Part shown: piece after piece, positions 19,340-29,703 of the stretch
How positions within the stretch are numbered: position 1 is the first letter of the stretch
Layout: each line of letters starts with the position of its first letter
DNA from: Victivallaceae bacterium
Lineage (GTDB): Bacteria; Verrucomicrobiota; Lentisphaeria; Victivallales; Victivallaceae
Direction: 5' to 3'
Length of the DNA: 48,869 nucleotides
Assembly (NCBI GenBank): GCA_031547585.1
Contig: JAVBRV010000452.1
Span: 1-48,869 of the forward strand
Made by a program: the position numbers and the translations under genes
The notes under the pieces: generated by a model
The model's database searches: none
Told to the model about the DNA's origin: nothing
Seen by the model: the letters and a program-made list of their open reading frames with translations, nothing else

Positions 19340-21366
19340 CAATCCTTCTCCGTCTGGGGAGCGCGGCCCGGAGGCGGCCGCTTCAGCGCATCGCGCAACT
19401 GTTTCTCCTCACCTGCCATCAACTCCAGCAGCTGCGCGGCGGTAGCGGGGTCGAGCTTCTTCCCCGCCTCGGGCTTGCCCTCGCCCGGCTTCGGCTCGCC
19501 TTCGCCGGGCTGATCGGGCTTCTGCTCTTCGCCCGGCTTCCTCTCTTCACCGGGCTTCTTTTCTTCGCCGCCCGACAGCGCCTTCACCGCCTCTTCAAGC
19601 TGCTTATCGGCCTCTTTACGGTCGCCTTTTTCACGCGCCTCTTTCGCCTTCTCCAGTTTTTCGGCGGCCTGTTCGGCCTGCTCCTTCAGCTCTTTCTGCC
19701 CCAGCTCTTTGGCCTGACCGCCCAGCTTCTCCGCCTCCCGGCGGGCCTGGTCGAGCGCCTGGTCGGCGGGCTTCTCCTGTTGCTGCTGCTGTTTCTGCTG
19801 CTCTTCTTTTTGGTTTTCCCGCCGGGCCTGTTCGGCCTGCTGCTTCGCCTGCTGCTGCTGTTTTTTCAGCTCTTCAATTTTGCGCTTCAACTCCGCGATG
19901 GCCTGCCGGTCGGCGGCGAGACGCTGAAGGTTCCGGCCGAAAAACGTTCCCGTTTCCACCCGGGGCCCTTCGCCCAACCCCTTGCGGTACAACTCCTCCC
20001 CGGCGGCGGCCTCGGCCTCGGCCGCCTCCAGCTCGCGAAGAGCGGGGTCCAACTGCTGCGCTTCCAGCTGCGCCTTCGCTTTCTCCTGAAATTCCTGAAG
20101 CTGCCGGTGGCGTCCGGCCGCCAGATTGTGGAAGGCGCGCGAACGCAAATCGCTGTCCCCCTCCGACTTCAGGATCGACCGCTCGTACATTTCGGCGTAC
20201 TTGTTGTCGCCATCCAACTGTTTGCCCCGGCCGAGGTTGTAGAGAATCCAGGGGGATTGCGGCAGCGACTCCCGATGGGTGACCGCCTGATTCACCTCAT
20301 CCGCCGTCGGGCGCACCTCCGCCGTCAGCAGCACTGGAAAAAGGAAAAACGCCGGCAAGGCCGCAATCCGCCGCCGGTACGGCCGCTCGGAGAGCAAAAG
20401 ATAGGCAACGAGAAACACCCCCGCCAAAGCGAGACAGATCGGAAAATCCTCCACCGGGATGTAGCGCTCCTCGCGCGCCTCCCCGGCAGTTTCGAGCTTG
20501 CGGATCGCCCGCGCCAGCACCGCGCCGCCGGTGTCGCCCACCGTGCTGCGGAAGTAGACGCCGCCGGTCTCCAGCGCCAGCTGGCGCAGCCCGGCCTCGT
20601 TGAGGCGGCTCGAAACCAGCTTCCCGGCGGCGTTGCGGCGGAAGCCCCCCTCCCCGTCGGGAACCGGCGCGCCCACGGCGGGGTCGCCGAAACCGACCGC
20701 AAACACGGGGATTCCCTGCTCCCGGAGCAGCGCCAGGGTCTTCGCACTCTCCCCCTCCAGCTCATCGCCGTCGGTGAGAAGCAGAATCGCCCGGTTGCCC
20801 CGCGCCCCGGCGTCGAAGGCTTCGACCGCGCGCCGGATCGCCCGCTCGAGATGGGTGCCGCCGAGCGGAACCGATTCCGTCGAGAGCTCATCCACATAAC
20901 TCCGAACCGCCCCCAGGTCGGAGGTAAGGGGGCAGGCGAGAAAAGCGTTCCCGGCAAACGGAATCAGGGCGAAACGGTCGCCCCGGCAGGCATCGAGAAG
21001 TTCGCGCGCCAGGAATTTGGCGTGTTCCAGCCGGGTCGGCGGCAGATCGGTGGCCAACATGCTTTTCGAGACGTCGAAGAGGATCGCGAGATCGCGCCCG
21101 GCGGACTCCACGGGAAGCATCCGCGTGGAGCGATAGGGGCGCGCCGCCGCCAAGATGAGGAAGAGCATGACGAGGAAGAGGAAAAGGAGCCGCAGCCGGC
21201 GGCGTCCGGGCGAAAGCCGGACCACTTCCGGATCGGCCGCCCCCGCCCCCAGCAGACGCCGGAGCGCGGCCTGCCGCCGCCGGGCGGCGTAAACGGCGAG
21301 CGCGGGAACCGCGACCGCCGCCAGAATCATCAGATAGAGAAGTTCACCGTCAAGAAATTTCATCAT
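19336..21366 (-). CDS. BatB-family VWA protein fused to a BatC-like TPR and Q/E/K-rich tail
   Basis: DVSKSM MIDAS, ACPLTSD, GGT, LLTDGD; TPR (YNLG, FHNLA); poly-Q/EK region; C-terminal EKDW typical of BatC. Confidence 0.85.
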   Translation of the reverse strand: MMKFLDGELLYLMILAAVAVPALAVYAARRRQAALRRLLGAGAADPEVVRLSPGRRRLRLLFLFLVMLFLILAAARPYRSTRMLPVESAGRDLAILFDVSKSMLATDLPPTRLEHAKFLARELLDACRGDRFALIPFAGNAFLACPLTSDLGAVRSYVDELSTESVPLGGTHLERAIRRAVEAFDAGARGNRAILLLTDGDELEGESAKTLALLREQGIPVFAVGFGDPAVGAPVPDGEGGFRRNAAGKLVSSRLNEAGLRQLALETGGVYFRSTVGDTGGAVLARAIRKLETAGEAREERYIPVEDFPICLALAGVFLVAYLLLSERPYRRRIAALPAFFLFPVLLTAEVRPTADEVNQAVTHRESLPQSPWILYNLGRGKQLDGDNKYAEMYERSILKSEGDSDLRSRAFHNLAAGRHRQLQEFQEKAKAQLEAQQLDPALRELEAAEAEAAAGEELYRKGLGEGPRVETGTFFGRNLQRLAADRQAIAELKRKIEELKKQQQQAKQQAEQARRENQKEEQQKQQQQQEKPADQALDQARREAEKLGGQAKELGQKELKEQAEQAAEKLEKAKEAREKGDRKEADKQLEEAVKALSGGEEKKPGEERKPGEEQKPDQPGEGEPKPGEGKPEAGKKLDPATAAQLLELMAGEEKQLRDALKRPPPGRAPQTEKDW

Positions 21367-21383
21367 ACCCCCGACTGGTTACT

Positions 21384-21546
21384 GAGTCAATTTCAAAAGT
21401 CAGTTCGAGTGGATTTTATCGGCATCGCCGAAGTTGAAGCCGGGTAGCTTTGAGCGGCTACCCAGAGGGTAACCGCTCAAAGCGCCCCTGGTTTCAGCTT
21501 TGGTGAGGCTGATGAAAACCGCCGAAATGATTTTTGAAATTGACTC
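21384..21546. repeat. ~163-nt imperfect palindrome (ERIC/MITE-like) with AGA loop
   Basis: Arms GAGTCAATTTCAAAA...GAGCGGCTACCC / GGGTAACCGCTC...TTTTGAAATTGACTC; loop AGA at 21464-21466. Confidence 0.8.
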
Positions 21547-22934
21547 TATTGAACACTCTCCCCCTTGTGCTGCTGAAGCTGGCGTTTGAGCTGCATCACG
21601 GCGCGGCGCATCGATTCGTTGTCGCGGCACAGCTCCGGAACCTTCTTCTCAGCATGGAGGATGGTCGCGTGATTGCGCCCGAAGGCATGGCCCACCTCGG
21701 TGGAGGAGTGTTTCGTCAGCTCCCGGCAAAGCGCCATCGCCACCATGCGCGGCTCGGCGATGTTGCGGGTGCGTTTTTCGCCGAGGAGGTCGCCCAGGGT
21801 CACGCTGAAGTAGCCCGCCACCGCCCGCTGGATCGCCTCAAGGGAGATATCGCGCGCCGCGCACTCCTGGGCGAGCTGGCTGTGAAGCAGCTCCTCCGCC
21901 TGCTCGATGGTCAGGTTGCCGTTGCCGCTCATCGAGGCGTAGCTGGCCAGCCGGATGAACGCCCCCTTGAGGCGGCGGACGTTGCTGGAGATATTGGCGG
22001 CCAGGAACTCCAGGAATTCGTCGGAGAGCGGCGTCTGGGTGAGAATATCGTTCCGCCACATCCGCAGGATCGCCAGCCGCGCCTCGAATTCCGGCGCGCA
22101 CACTTCGGCGGTCATGCCCGACTCGAAGCGCGTCTCGAGACGCTTGTCGAGGTCGGAAATTTCACAGGGCTGCCGGTCCGAGGTGAGAATGATCTGCTTG
22201 CGCTGCAAGTAGAGGGAGTTGAAGAGGTTGAAGAACTCCTCCTGCATCTGGTGCTTGCGGGCGAGGCTGTGGACGTCGTCGACGAGCAAAACATCGACGT
22301 CGCGCACCTTCGAGCGGAAGCTGCTCAGGCTCTCCTTCTGCTGCAGGAGGTTGTAGAAGTCGTTCAGCAGCTCGTCGCAGGTGACGTAGCGCACCACCAT
22401 CGCCGGATTCCGGCGGTGGACCTCGGCGGTCACCGCCTGGAGGAGGTGGGTCTTGCCGACGCCGGAAGTCCCGTAGAGGTAGAGCGGATTATAGAGCCCC
22501 GGCTCTTCGGCGGCCGTCCGGGCGGCGGCGAACGCGTGGCGGTTTTCGGCGCCGACGACGAAGTTTTCAAAGGTATGTTCGGCGAGGCAGTTCTGCTGCC
22601 GGGGAACCAGCTTCTTCGGCCGGACGGGGGCGGCTTCGATCGCCGGCGGCTTCTCCGCCACGGGTGCGGGCGGCGGCTCGTGGCCCGGCTCCAGGAGATA
22701 GCGGTAATCGACCCCTTCGACGGCGCGTAGCGCTTCGAGGAGGACGTCTTCATATTCACGGTGGATGATATCGCCGGCGAAGTCGTCGGAAACCCCGAGC
22801 CTGACGCAATCGGCATCCACCGAGAGCGGCACCAGGTTCCGAAACCACTGCCGATACAGCTGGCTGTTCCGGCTGTTCAACCGTTCCGCGGCAACCGCCC
22901 AGATTGTCGCCGCTTCCATTCCATTCGCTTCCAT
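21546..22934 (-). CDS. dnaA: Chromosomal replication initiator DnaA
   Basis: TFENFVVG, YNPLYLYGTSGVGKTHLL, LLVDDV, QEEFFNLFN, SNVRRLKGA, GRNHATIL. Start uncertain (ATG 22934 or 22919; ORF open to 23036). Confidence 0.95.
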   Translation of the reverse strand: MEANGMEAATIWAVAAERLNSRNSQLYRQWFRNLVPLSVDADCVRLGVSDDFAGDIIHREYEDVLLEALRAVEGVDYRYLLEPGHEPPPAPVAEKPPAIEAAPVRPKKLVPRQQNCLAEHTFENFVVGAENRHAFAAARTAAEEPGLYNPLYLYGTSGVGKTHLLQAVTAEVHRRNPAMVVRYVTCDELLNDFYNLLQQKESLSSFRSKVRDVDVLLVDDVHSLARKHQMQEEFFNLFNSLYLQRKQIILTSDRQPCEISDLDKRLETRFESGMTAEVCAPEFEARLAILRMWRNDILTQTPLSDEFLEFLAANISSNVRRLKGAFIRLASYASMSGNGNLTIEQAEELLHSQLAQECAARDISLEAIQRAVAGYFSVTLGDLLGEKRTRNIAEPRMVAMALCRELTKHSSTEVGHAFGRNHATILHAEKKVPELCRDNESMRRAVMQLKRQLQQHKGESVQ

Positions 22935-22998
22935 TTTGAAATCCAGACTTGATCGCCCGCCGGAACCACTCCGGCAGCGTCTCACTATTTGATAAAAG

Positions 22999-23338
22999 TT
23001 ATTAACATTGATAAAGGGTTGCTTGGCATCAGCCACTTACCCTCTTAAAACCATCTTACAACCCGCTTTCGGGTCACTCCCCTCAAGCGCCTTCGCATCT
23101 CCTTCAAGCAGACGGGTTTTTCCCCGTTTCCCCGCTCAAAACAGCTGCTTTTTACGGAACCGCGCCCGATCGAATGTGGCGTTTTTCGTCATAAGATCGT
23201 CATCTTCCGCTCATTATCGGCAGTTACGAATCCGACGGCACCGTTTCTCACAACTTATGCACAACTTATTAACAACCCTGCCCTCTCTGCCCGGGGCGCA
23301 ACACTATCCAATTTAGCCCGGAAAGCGCAAGATTTCAA
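22999..23338. promoter_or_regulatory. dnaA promoter with DnaA-box cluster (autoregulatory site, possible oriC part)
   Basis: TTTCTCACA 23244, TTATGCACA 23255, TTATTAACA 23266 (11-bp period) and TTATTAACA 22999; minus-strand TTGAAA(23338)-17-TAAATT(23310). Confidence 0.65.
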
Positions 23339-23559
23339 ATGCTTTTCCGGAACTTTTTCCAGAAAAAATTTCGCTCTCAGACTTGACATTTCCGTCAACC
23401 CTTTTTCAATCCGTCACTGCGGCATTTTTTCCAATTTCTTTCCCGCGCCGCCCTTGACAAAACCGGAAACACGGCTACCGCACGCGGTCATTATTGCGGG
23501 GTTTCGGCAGCCCTTAATGCATATATGCAATTATTTTATCATAAAGTACACATGCGCTA

Positions 23560-23588
23560 TTGACATCATCGTCCCTCTGTGGTATAAT
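23560..23588 (+). promoter_or_regulatory. Consensus sigma70 promoter; probably leaderless transcript
   Basis: TTGACA-17bp-TATAAT with TG extension; ATG at 23596 only 7 nt downstream, no SD. Confidence 0.8.
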
Positions 23589-23595
23589 TACTGCC

Positions 23596-24663
23596 ATGAC
23601 GCTTACAACGATAAAACTGCTCGAGAACGACACGCCGAAATACCGGCAGCTGGCGGCGGAGGTCGAACGGCTGACCGCTTCCGGCGCGCTGGCGGCGGGC
23701 GAGCGGATTCCGGGCGAACGGGTTCTCGCCGACAGACTGGGGGTTTCGGTCATCACCGTCAACCGGGCGATGGCGGAGCTGATGAGCCGCGGCGTGGTCG
23801 AGCGCCGGGTGGGTTCCGGAACCTTCGTGCGCGCTTCGGGGAAGCGGCGGAAGATCGGCTTCTTCTGGCACGGCGATCCGCGTTTTCGTACCACCTACAG
23901 CAGCATGTTGTTCGATACGCTCTGGGATTTCTGGAGCCGGCGGGAATACGACCTCGTGCTGCTCCGCCGGAAGTCGGAAGAATATGAGGCGACGATCCGC
24001 GAATACGGCTTCGACGGCGTACTGATCCGCAGTCCGCGCGAGGAGTTCGTCCCGGCCATCCGCAAGCTTCGCAAGCAGAATTTCCCGGCGGTGGTGTTGA
24101 GCTCCATTCGTCCGGAGCTGGCGGAGATCGGTTTCGGTTACTCCGGTTTCGCGATCGTCGAGGCGGCGGTGGATTACCTCGCCGGACTCGGGCACAGCGA
24201 CATCGGCTTCATCCTCCCCGAATCGGGGGAAGCGGTCTTCCGCGACCGCCGCGAAGGCTTCCGCCGCGCCATGTGGAAAAAACGCCTGCCAATCAACCCC
24301 GAGTGGACCGAACCCGCGCCCGATATGGACGCATTTCTCCGCGCCATGCTCTCCCATTCCGGCCGTCCCGGCGCGATCATCATCGGCTCCACCGCCGAGA
24401 TCGCCAGGACGTATCAGGCGATCCGGGAGCTCGGGCTGCGGATTCCCGAGGATATCTCCGTCGTCTGTATCGACGAGGATGAAAAGGCGCTGGAGGCGGC
24501 GCCGCCGCCCTCGGTGTTCCGGGTCGACATCGCCAGCCTGGCCCTGGAAGGCTCCGAAGGGCTCCTCGCCCTGATCGAAGGCCGCGAAATCAAGCGCGGC
24601 GAAGCAACCAATTTCGAATTCGTCGATCGTCATACCTGTATGCCCCCAACGAAAGGTAAATAA
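23596..24663 (+). CDS. GntR wHTH + LacI-type sugar-binding domain regulator (AraR-like) #1
   Basis: PKYRQL...[22 protein letters not shown]...GSGTFV; C-terminal [13 protein letters not shown]. Confidence 0.9.
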   Translation: MTLTTIKLLENDTPKYRQLAAEVERLTASGALAAGERIPGERVLADRLGVSVITVNRAMAELMSRGVVERRVGSGTFVRASGKRRKIGFFWHGDPRFRTTYSSMLFDTLWDFWSRREYDLVLLRRKSEEYEATIREYGFDGVLIRSPREEFVPAIRKLRKQNFPAVVLSSIRPELAEIGFGYSGFAIVEAAVDYLAGLGHSDIGFILPESGEAVFRDRREGFRRAMWKKRLPINPEWTEPAPDMDAFLRAMLSHSGRPGAIIIGSTAEIARTYQAIRELGLRIPEDISVVCIDEDEKALEAAPPPSVFRVDIASLALEGSEGLLALIEGREIKRGEATNFEFVDRHTCMPPTKGK

Positions 24664-24664
24664 A

Positions 24665-25429
24665 ATGAAACCTCACCGCACGCTCTTTACACTGATCGAG
24701 CTTCTGGTCGTAATCGCCATCATCGCGATTCTCGCCGCCATCCTGTTGCCGGCCCTGAACCAGGCGCGCGAACGCGGACGCACCTCAAGCTGCGTCAACA
24801 ACCTGAAACAGCTCAGCCTCGGCATCAGCCAGTATCTCGGTGACAACGGCGACCAGCTGCCGCCGATCTTCGGCGGTCCGGCCACCAACGACAAGCCGTT
24901 CTGGACCCAGGCGCTGATGGGGCCGAACCCGACCGACTCCGTAACTCCCTGGGCAGGGGGACTCAACATGAAAAACGGACTCTACGCCAACAACAAGATC
25001 TTCCGCTGTCCGTCGATGACCGGGACCTACGACCTCACCGCCACCGTCACCGGCGGCGGCGCGGGCTGGTGGATTCAGAATCCGCATTATGCCGTCAACG
25101 AGTCTCTGTATCCGGGGGAAAACTCCAAAGGCGTTTCCTACAAACTCGGCTTCTTCCGCTCGCCGTCGAGCAAACTCTACATGGCCGACATCTGGGCGCG
25201 CGACTCGGCGAACCTCAGCATCAAAGAGAAGGGATATTTCCGCTGGCGTCCCAATACTACCCAGGAGTATTACGGCAACATCGCCGGGCGACACCTGAAT
25301 ATAGCCAACGTCACGCACCTCGACGGACATGTGACCGGATACAAACTGACCAACATCGAACTTCCGTACACGAGCGCCCCCTTCCGCAATGAGGAAGAGG
25401 ATAAGAAATACTGGCACTATAGCTACTAA
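24665..25429 (+). CDS. Prepilin-type N-terminal cleavage/methylation protein with H-X9-DG motif (DUF1559-like) #1
   Basis: [56 protein letters not shown]. Confidence 0.9.
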   Translation: MKPHRTLFTLIELLVVIAIIAILAAILLPALNQARERGRTSSCVNNLKQLSLGISQYLGDNGDQLPPIFGGPATNDKPFWTQALMGPNPTDSVTPWAGGLNMKNGLYANNKIFRCPSMTGTYDLTATVTGGGAGWWIQNPHYAVNESLYPGENSKGVSYKLGFFRSPSSKLYMADIWARDSANLSIKEKGYFRWRPNTTQEYYGNIAGRHLNIANVTHLDGHVTGYKLTNIELPYTSAPFRNEEEDKKYWHYSY

Positions 25430-25441
25430 TAAAGGAAGAAT

Positions 25442-27409
25442 ATGAAACTGAAACAACTCCTCTGGCTGTGCCTTGCCGCCGTCGCGCTGACGGCCGCCGC
25501 CGCCGATGATTTTACGCTGCTTCGCGACCAGTGGCTGAAGCTGGAATATCCGAAGGTCACCGTGAATGCCGCCGCCGTCAACAAGCTGCTCTCCGAACAG
25601 CGTCCCGACGGCACCTTCCCCCATGTGAATTATGAAGATACTCACGGGGGGGTCTGGAACCTTATGCATCACTGGGGGGCGCTCGAACGGCTGGCGCTGG
25701 GCTACCGCTTCGGCAGCCAATCCCCGAAGCTCCGCGAGGCGGTGATCCGCGGCATCGACAACTGGTCGGAGAAAGGCTACACCAACTGGAACTGGTGGTA
25801 CCAGTCGATCGGCATTCCCCTCGCCTCGACCCGGGTGATCCTCATTATGGGCGACGCGCTGCCCCAGGAAACCTTGCAAAAATTCCGCCCGATTCTCGAC
25901 CGTTCGAAGATGGGCATGACCGCCAATAACCGGCTGCATCTCGCTTCGATCCACTTTTTGAAAGGGGTCATCTACCGCGACGCGGCGATGGTGGAGGCGG
26001 GACGCGAAGTGCTGCTCTCCGAAATCGCCATCGCCAAGCCGGGCAAGGAGGGGCTCCAGCCGGACTTCAGCTACCATCAGCACAACGCCCAGCTCCAGTT
26101 CGGCAATTACGGCCTGGAATACTTCGAGGCGGGAACCCGCTGGTGCGGCGTCATGCGCGGCACCCGGTTCGCGGCTCCCGAAGAGAAACCCCGGCTGATG
26201 GCCGATTACTTTTTGAACGGACTCCGCTGGGTTATGTACAAAGAGATGTTCGACATCGCGGCTTGCGGCCGCCAGATCGCCGGCGAGGCCCAACTCTGGA
26301 AATTCCAGGTCGCCCGGAACACGGCGAACCGCCTCGCCCCCCAGCTGGATCCGGATCGGGAACGCGAAATCCGCAATTTTCTCGCCGCCACCGGCAGCTT
26401 CGAGGGGAATCGCTATTTCTATTGCAGCGATTACCTGGTTCACCGCCGCCGCGACCTCTTTTTTTCGGTTAAAATGTGCTCGAAACGCGTCATCGGCAGC
26501 GAAAGCAACAACCAGGAGAATATGCTCGGACGCAACGCCGCTTTCGGCGTCTACCAGTTGTTGACCGACGGCAAGGAGTACCTGAAAGTCATGCCGCTCT
26601 GGAACTGGCGGCGGTTGCCCGGCCTGACCGCGCCGCAGGATAATGAACCGCTCAACTCGCCGGATCGCTACGCCTTCAACCAGTCGGAACTGGTCGGCGG
26701 AATCTCCGACGGCAAGGTCGGCGCCACCATGATCGAACTCGCCATCAAAGACTTCAGCTTCCGGAAGAGTTATCTCGTTTTCGACCGTTTCTTCGCCGTT
26801 ATCGGCGGTGCGATCCGGTGCGACTCCGACGCCCCTGTTGATTCCACGGTCGATTCGCGCTGGTATCGCGGCCCGATCCGGGTGACGGCGGCGGGAAAAA
26901 CCGCCTCCTACGAAACGGGAACCCATAACCTGAAACAGGTTACCTCGGTTATCCATGACGGTCTCGAATACCGCTTCCCCAAACCGGCGGATCTGGTGCT
27001 CGCCATCGAAGAGAAGAGCGCCGACTGGCGGGAGATCCAGCATTCTTCCAAGGCCAAGGCGGTTTCGGGTAAAATATTCACGCTTTACCTCGAACACGGC
27101 GTGCGCCCGGCGGGGGCGGAGTGCGCCTTCCTCCTGATTCCGGCGGGGAGCAAGGCGGATGGGTTCCGGCTCCTTTCAAGCGGTTCCGCCATCCATGCCG
27201 GGTGCGACGGCTCCGGCACGGCTTTCGCCCTCTTCTACGAACCGGGCAAAGTGGAGATCCCCGGCTACGGAGCGCTGGAGTCGCTCCAGCCCGCCGCCGT
27301 ACTGATCCGGAACGGCGAATTCACCGCCGACGATCCCCTGCGGAAAACCAAAGAGCTCAAATTCCGCTGGGACGGCAAAGAGTTCAACCACAAATCGGCG
27401 ACGTTGTAA
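25442..27409 (+). CDS. Polysaccharide lyase family 8 (chondroitin AC/hyaluronate lyase-like), secreted
   Basis: NWNWWYQSIGIP, GLQPDFSYHQH...GNYG (catalytic H/Y), CGRQ, WNWRRLPG. Confidence 0.88.
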   Translation: MKLKQLLWLCLAAVALTAAAADDFTLLRDQWLKLEYPKVTVNAAAVNKLLSEQRPDGTFPHVNYEDTHGGVWNLMHHWGALERLALGYRFGSQSPKLREAVIRGIDNWSEKGYTNWNWWYQSIGIPLASTRVILIMGDALPQETLQKFRPILDRSKMGMTANNRLHLASIHFLKGVIYRDAAMVEAGREVLLSEIAIAKPGKEGLQPDFSYHQHNAQLQFGNYGLEYFEAGTRWCGVMRGTRFAAPEEKPRLMADYFLNGLRWVMYKEMFDIAACGRQIAGEAQLWKFQVARNTANRLAPQLDPDREREIRNFLAATGSFEGNRYFYCSDYLVHRRRDLFFSVKMCSKRVIGSESNNQENMLGRNAAFGVYQLLTDGKEYLKVMPLWNWRRLPGLTAPQDNEPLNSPDRYAFNQSELVGGISDGKVGATMIELAIKDFSFRKSYLVFDRFFAVIGGAIRCDSDAPVDSTVDSRWYRGPIRVTAAGKTASYETGTHNLKQVTSVIHDGLEYRFPKPADLVLAIEEKSADWREIQHSSKAKAVSGKIFTLYLEHGVRPAGAECAFLLIPAGSKADGFRLLSSGSAIHAGCDGSGTAFALFYEPGKVEIPGYGALESLQPAAVLIRNGEFTADDPLRKTKELKFRWDGKEFNHKSATL

Positions 27410-27413
27410 GGAA

Positions 27414-28469
27414 ATGATGAAAACACTGCGTTGCGGCGTCGTCGGGCTCGGACGGATCGCCTGGGATTTTCACCTGCCGGAGATCTGCCGGCAGGAGGGC
27501 TTCGAACTGGCGGCGATCGTCGACCCGAACGAAGAGCGCCTGCGGGAGGCCGGAGAGCGCTTCGGGGTGAAAAACCGCTTCACCAGCCTCTCGCAAATGC
27601 TGGGAAGCGTGAAACCGGACCTGACGGTCATCGCTTCGCCGACCATCTTCCACGCCGCCCAGGCCATCGAGGCGCTGCGCTCCGGGAGCTGCGTTTTCTG
27701 CGATAAACCGCTGGCGCTGAACCAGCCGGAAGCGGCGAGAATGTTCCGCGCCGCGCAAGAGTGCGGCCGGAAGCTGATGCCCTACCAGCCCCACCGGACG
27801 AGCGGCGAATGCGCCGCCGCGCGCCGGATTCTAGGCAGCGGCAAGCTGGGTGAAATCTATCTGATCGAACGCCATATCAGTCACTTTTCGCGCCGCAACG
27901 ACTGGCAGGCGTTCCTCCGCAACGGCGGCGGAATGCTGCAAAATTACGGTTCGCACTATATCGACCAGCTGCTGTACCTGCTGAACGACCGGGCGGAGCG
28001 CGTGAAATGCGAATTGCGCCGGATCGTCTCGCTCGGCGACGCCGACGACGTGGTCAAAATCGTGATTTCCACCCGCCGGGACATCCTCCTGGATATCAGC
28101 ATCAACCAGGCGGCGGCGCTCGAGCTGCCCCGCTGGCGGATCTGCGGCAATCGCGGCGCCGCCGTCCGGGAGGCGGATGGATCGTGGCGGCTGCGCTACT
28201 TCCCGCCGGACGCCCTGCCGGAAACCGGCGCCGACCGCACGCTCGCGGCCGCCGGCCGCCGGTATCCGCGCGAAGAGATTCCCTGGCGGGAAGAGGTCGT
28301 CGAACCGGCGGCCGAGGTTCCGGGGGAGTACTACCGGCACTGCTACGATTTCTTCGCCCTGGATCAACCTCCCCTCGTTCCCCCGGAGGAAGCCGTGGAG
28401 CTGCTGCGCATCCTCGACGACTGCCGCCGGGATGCGGAAACATCCGCCGCACCAGTTTGCAATGTCTGA
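27414..28469 (+). CDS. Gfo/Idh/MocA oxidoreductase
   Basis: GVVGLGRIA, IASPTIFH, CDKP, GGGMLQNYGSHYID. Confidence 0.9.
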   Translation: MMKTLRCGVVGLGRIAWDFHLPEICRQEGFELAAIVDPNEERLREAGERFGVKNRFTSLSQMLGSVKPDLTVIASPTIFHAAQAIEALRSGSCVFCDKPLALNQPEAARMFRAAQECGRKLMPYQPHRTSGECAAARRILGSGKLGEIYLIERHISHFSRRNDWQAFLRNGGGMLQNYGSHYIDQLLYLLNDRAERVKCELRRIVSLGDADDVVKIVISTRRDILLDISINQAAALELPRWRICGNRGAAVREADGSWRLRYFPPDALPETGADRTLAAAGRRYPREEIPWREEVVEPAAEVPGEYYRHCYDFFALDQPPLVPPEEAVELLRILDDCRRDAETSAAPVCNV

Positions 28470-28543
28470 TGTGGTTTAACCACATGAGTAATTACCCCGG
28501 GTGACGAAGCCGATGTTTTTTTCTCTTTTTCGGGCATCGGCTA

Positions 28544-28587
28544 TTGACTTCGAGTGAATGCTATGGTATAATATTGATACCATAGCA
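28544..28587 (+). promoter_or_regulatory. sigma70 promoter with overlapping palindromic operator
   Basis: TTGACT-17-TATAAT; inverted repeat TGCTATGGTAT-N7-ATACCATAGCA at 28559-28587. Confidence 0.8.
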
Positions 28588-28608
28588 ATCAAACCGGAGA
28601 CCGCAGCC

Positions 28609-29703
28609 ATGAAAAAGATTGTCGGCAAGAACGATGTGTTCCGGCAACATATCCTTTCGGAGATCGCCATCGGCATCTACCGCCCCGGCGGACAGCTGCC
28701 GGGCGAACGCGAACTGAGCGAAACCTACCAGGTGAGCCGCAGCACCGTGCGCCGCGCCCTCGGCGAACTGGAAGAGATGGGGCTGCTGCTGCGGCGTCCC
28801 CCGGTGGGAACTTTCGTGCTGGAGGAGGCGCTGAGCCGCCTCGGGCTCAGGTGCCCCACGCAACCGAAGCTCCGCTCCGTCCTTGTGATGCCGACCGCCC
28901 AGGCTTCCAACCCGGTGATGCAGCAGCTGTTCACCACCCTCCGCGGCCGGTTGCCCGACGAGGTCGAGCTGTCGGTGACCCTGAGCGACACGTGCAGCGG
29001 CGCGTTCTCCGGCGAAAAGACCGATATCGCCTTTCTTTTCGGCAATTACGCCGACGAAGACCTGAAGCAGGCGGCGGCCTCCGTGCGCCATTCGGTATTG
29101 ATCGGCCGGTGGCACCGGGAGATGAATTTCGTCACCTCCGACGATTACGCCGGGGGCCGGTTGATGGCTGAAGCGGCGATCCGGGCCGGCCACCGCCGCC
29201 TGGCGCTGATCGGCCCCTCCGGAACGGGCGCCGACTGCGAATTTTCCCTCCGCGCGAAGGGCATCGCCGAGGTCTGTCATGAGCACGGCGCTTCGCTTCA
29301 GATGCACCGCCTCAGCATGGAGGAGGCGATGAACCTCACCGCCAGCGTCTATTTCGCCCTCGAAAACTTCCTGCGAGTCGACCCCCGCCTAAGCCTGATT
29401 CTCGCTCTGCGCGACCGCGAGGCGCTGGCGGTCATGGATTGCTGCGGCCGCCGCGGTCTCTCGGTTCCCGACGACTTGAGCGTGATCGGCTGCGACGACC
29501 ACTGCTTCGCCGAGGCGATCACGCCGCCCCTCACCACCATGCGCAGCACCGCCGTGGAGGAGGGGGTGCGCCTCGCCGGCTTCGCCGAAGCGGTACTGCA
29601 TAGCGGACCGGAGGAGAGAGTCATTATCCGGGAGGCGATCACCCCCCTTCTCATCGAACGCAGCACGGTAAAAACCATTGGATTACAGGAGGTTAAAAAG
29701 TGA
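28609..29703 (+). CDS. GntR/LacI-hybrid regulator #2
   Basis: LPGERELSETYQVSRSTVRRAL...GTFV; VPDDLSVIGCDD, PPLTT; GGAG RBS at 28596. Confidence 0.9.
   Translation: MKKIVGKNDVFRQHILSEIAIGIYRPGGQLPGERELSETYQVSRSTVRRALGELEEMGLLLRRPPVGTFVLEEALSRLGLRCPTQPKLRSVLVMPTAQASNPVMQQLFTTLRGRLPDEVELSVTLSDTCSGAFSGEKTDIAFLFGNYADEDLKQAAASVRHSVLIGRWHREMNFVTSDDYAGGRLMAEAAIRAGHRRLALIGPSGTGADCEFSLRAKGIAEVCHEHGASLQMHRLSMEEAMNLTASVYFALENFLRVDPRLSLILALRDREALAVMDCCGRRGLSVPDDLSVIGCDDHCFAEAITPPLTTMRSTAVEEGVRLAGFAEAVLHSGPEERVIIREAITPLLIERSTVKTIGLQEVKK

Noticed and set aside
19460-19870. Low-complexity CTG/CTT repeats
   Set aside because: They encode the Q/E/K-rich BatC-like linker, an ordinary coding repeat.
21384-21546. 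6S RNA or integron attC interpretation of the long palindromes
   Set aside because: There is no large central bubble as in 6S, no RYYYAAC/GTTRRRY ends, and no integrase or cassette array.
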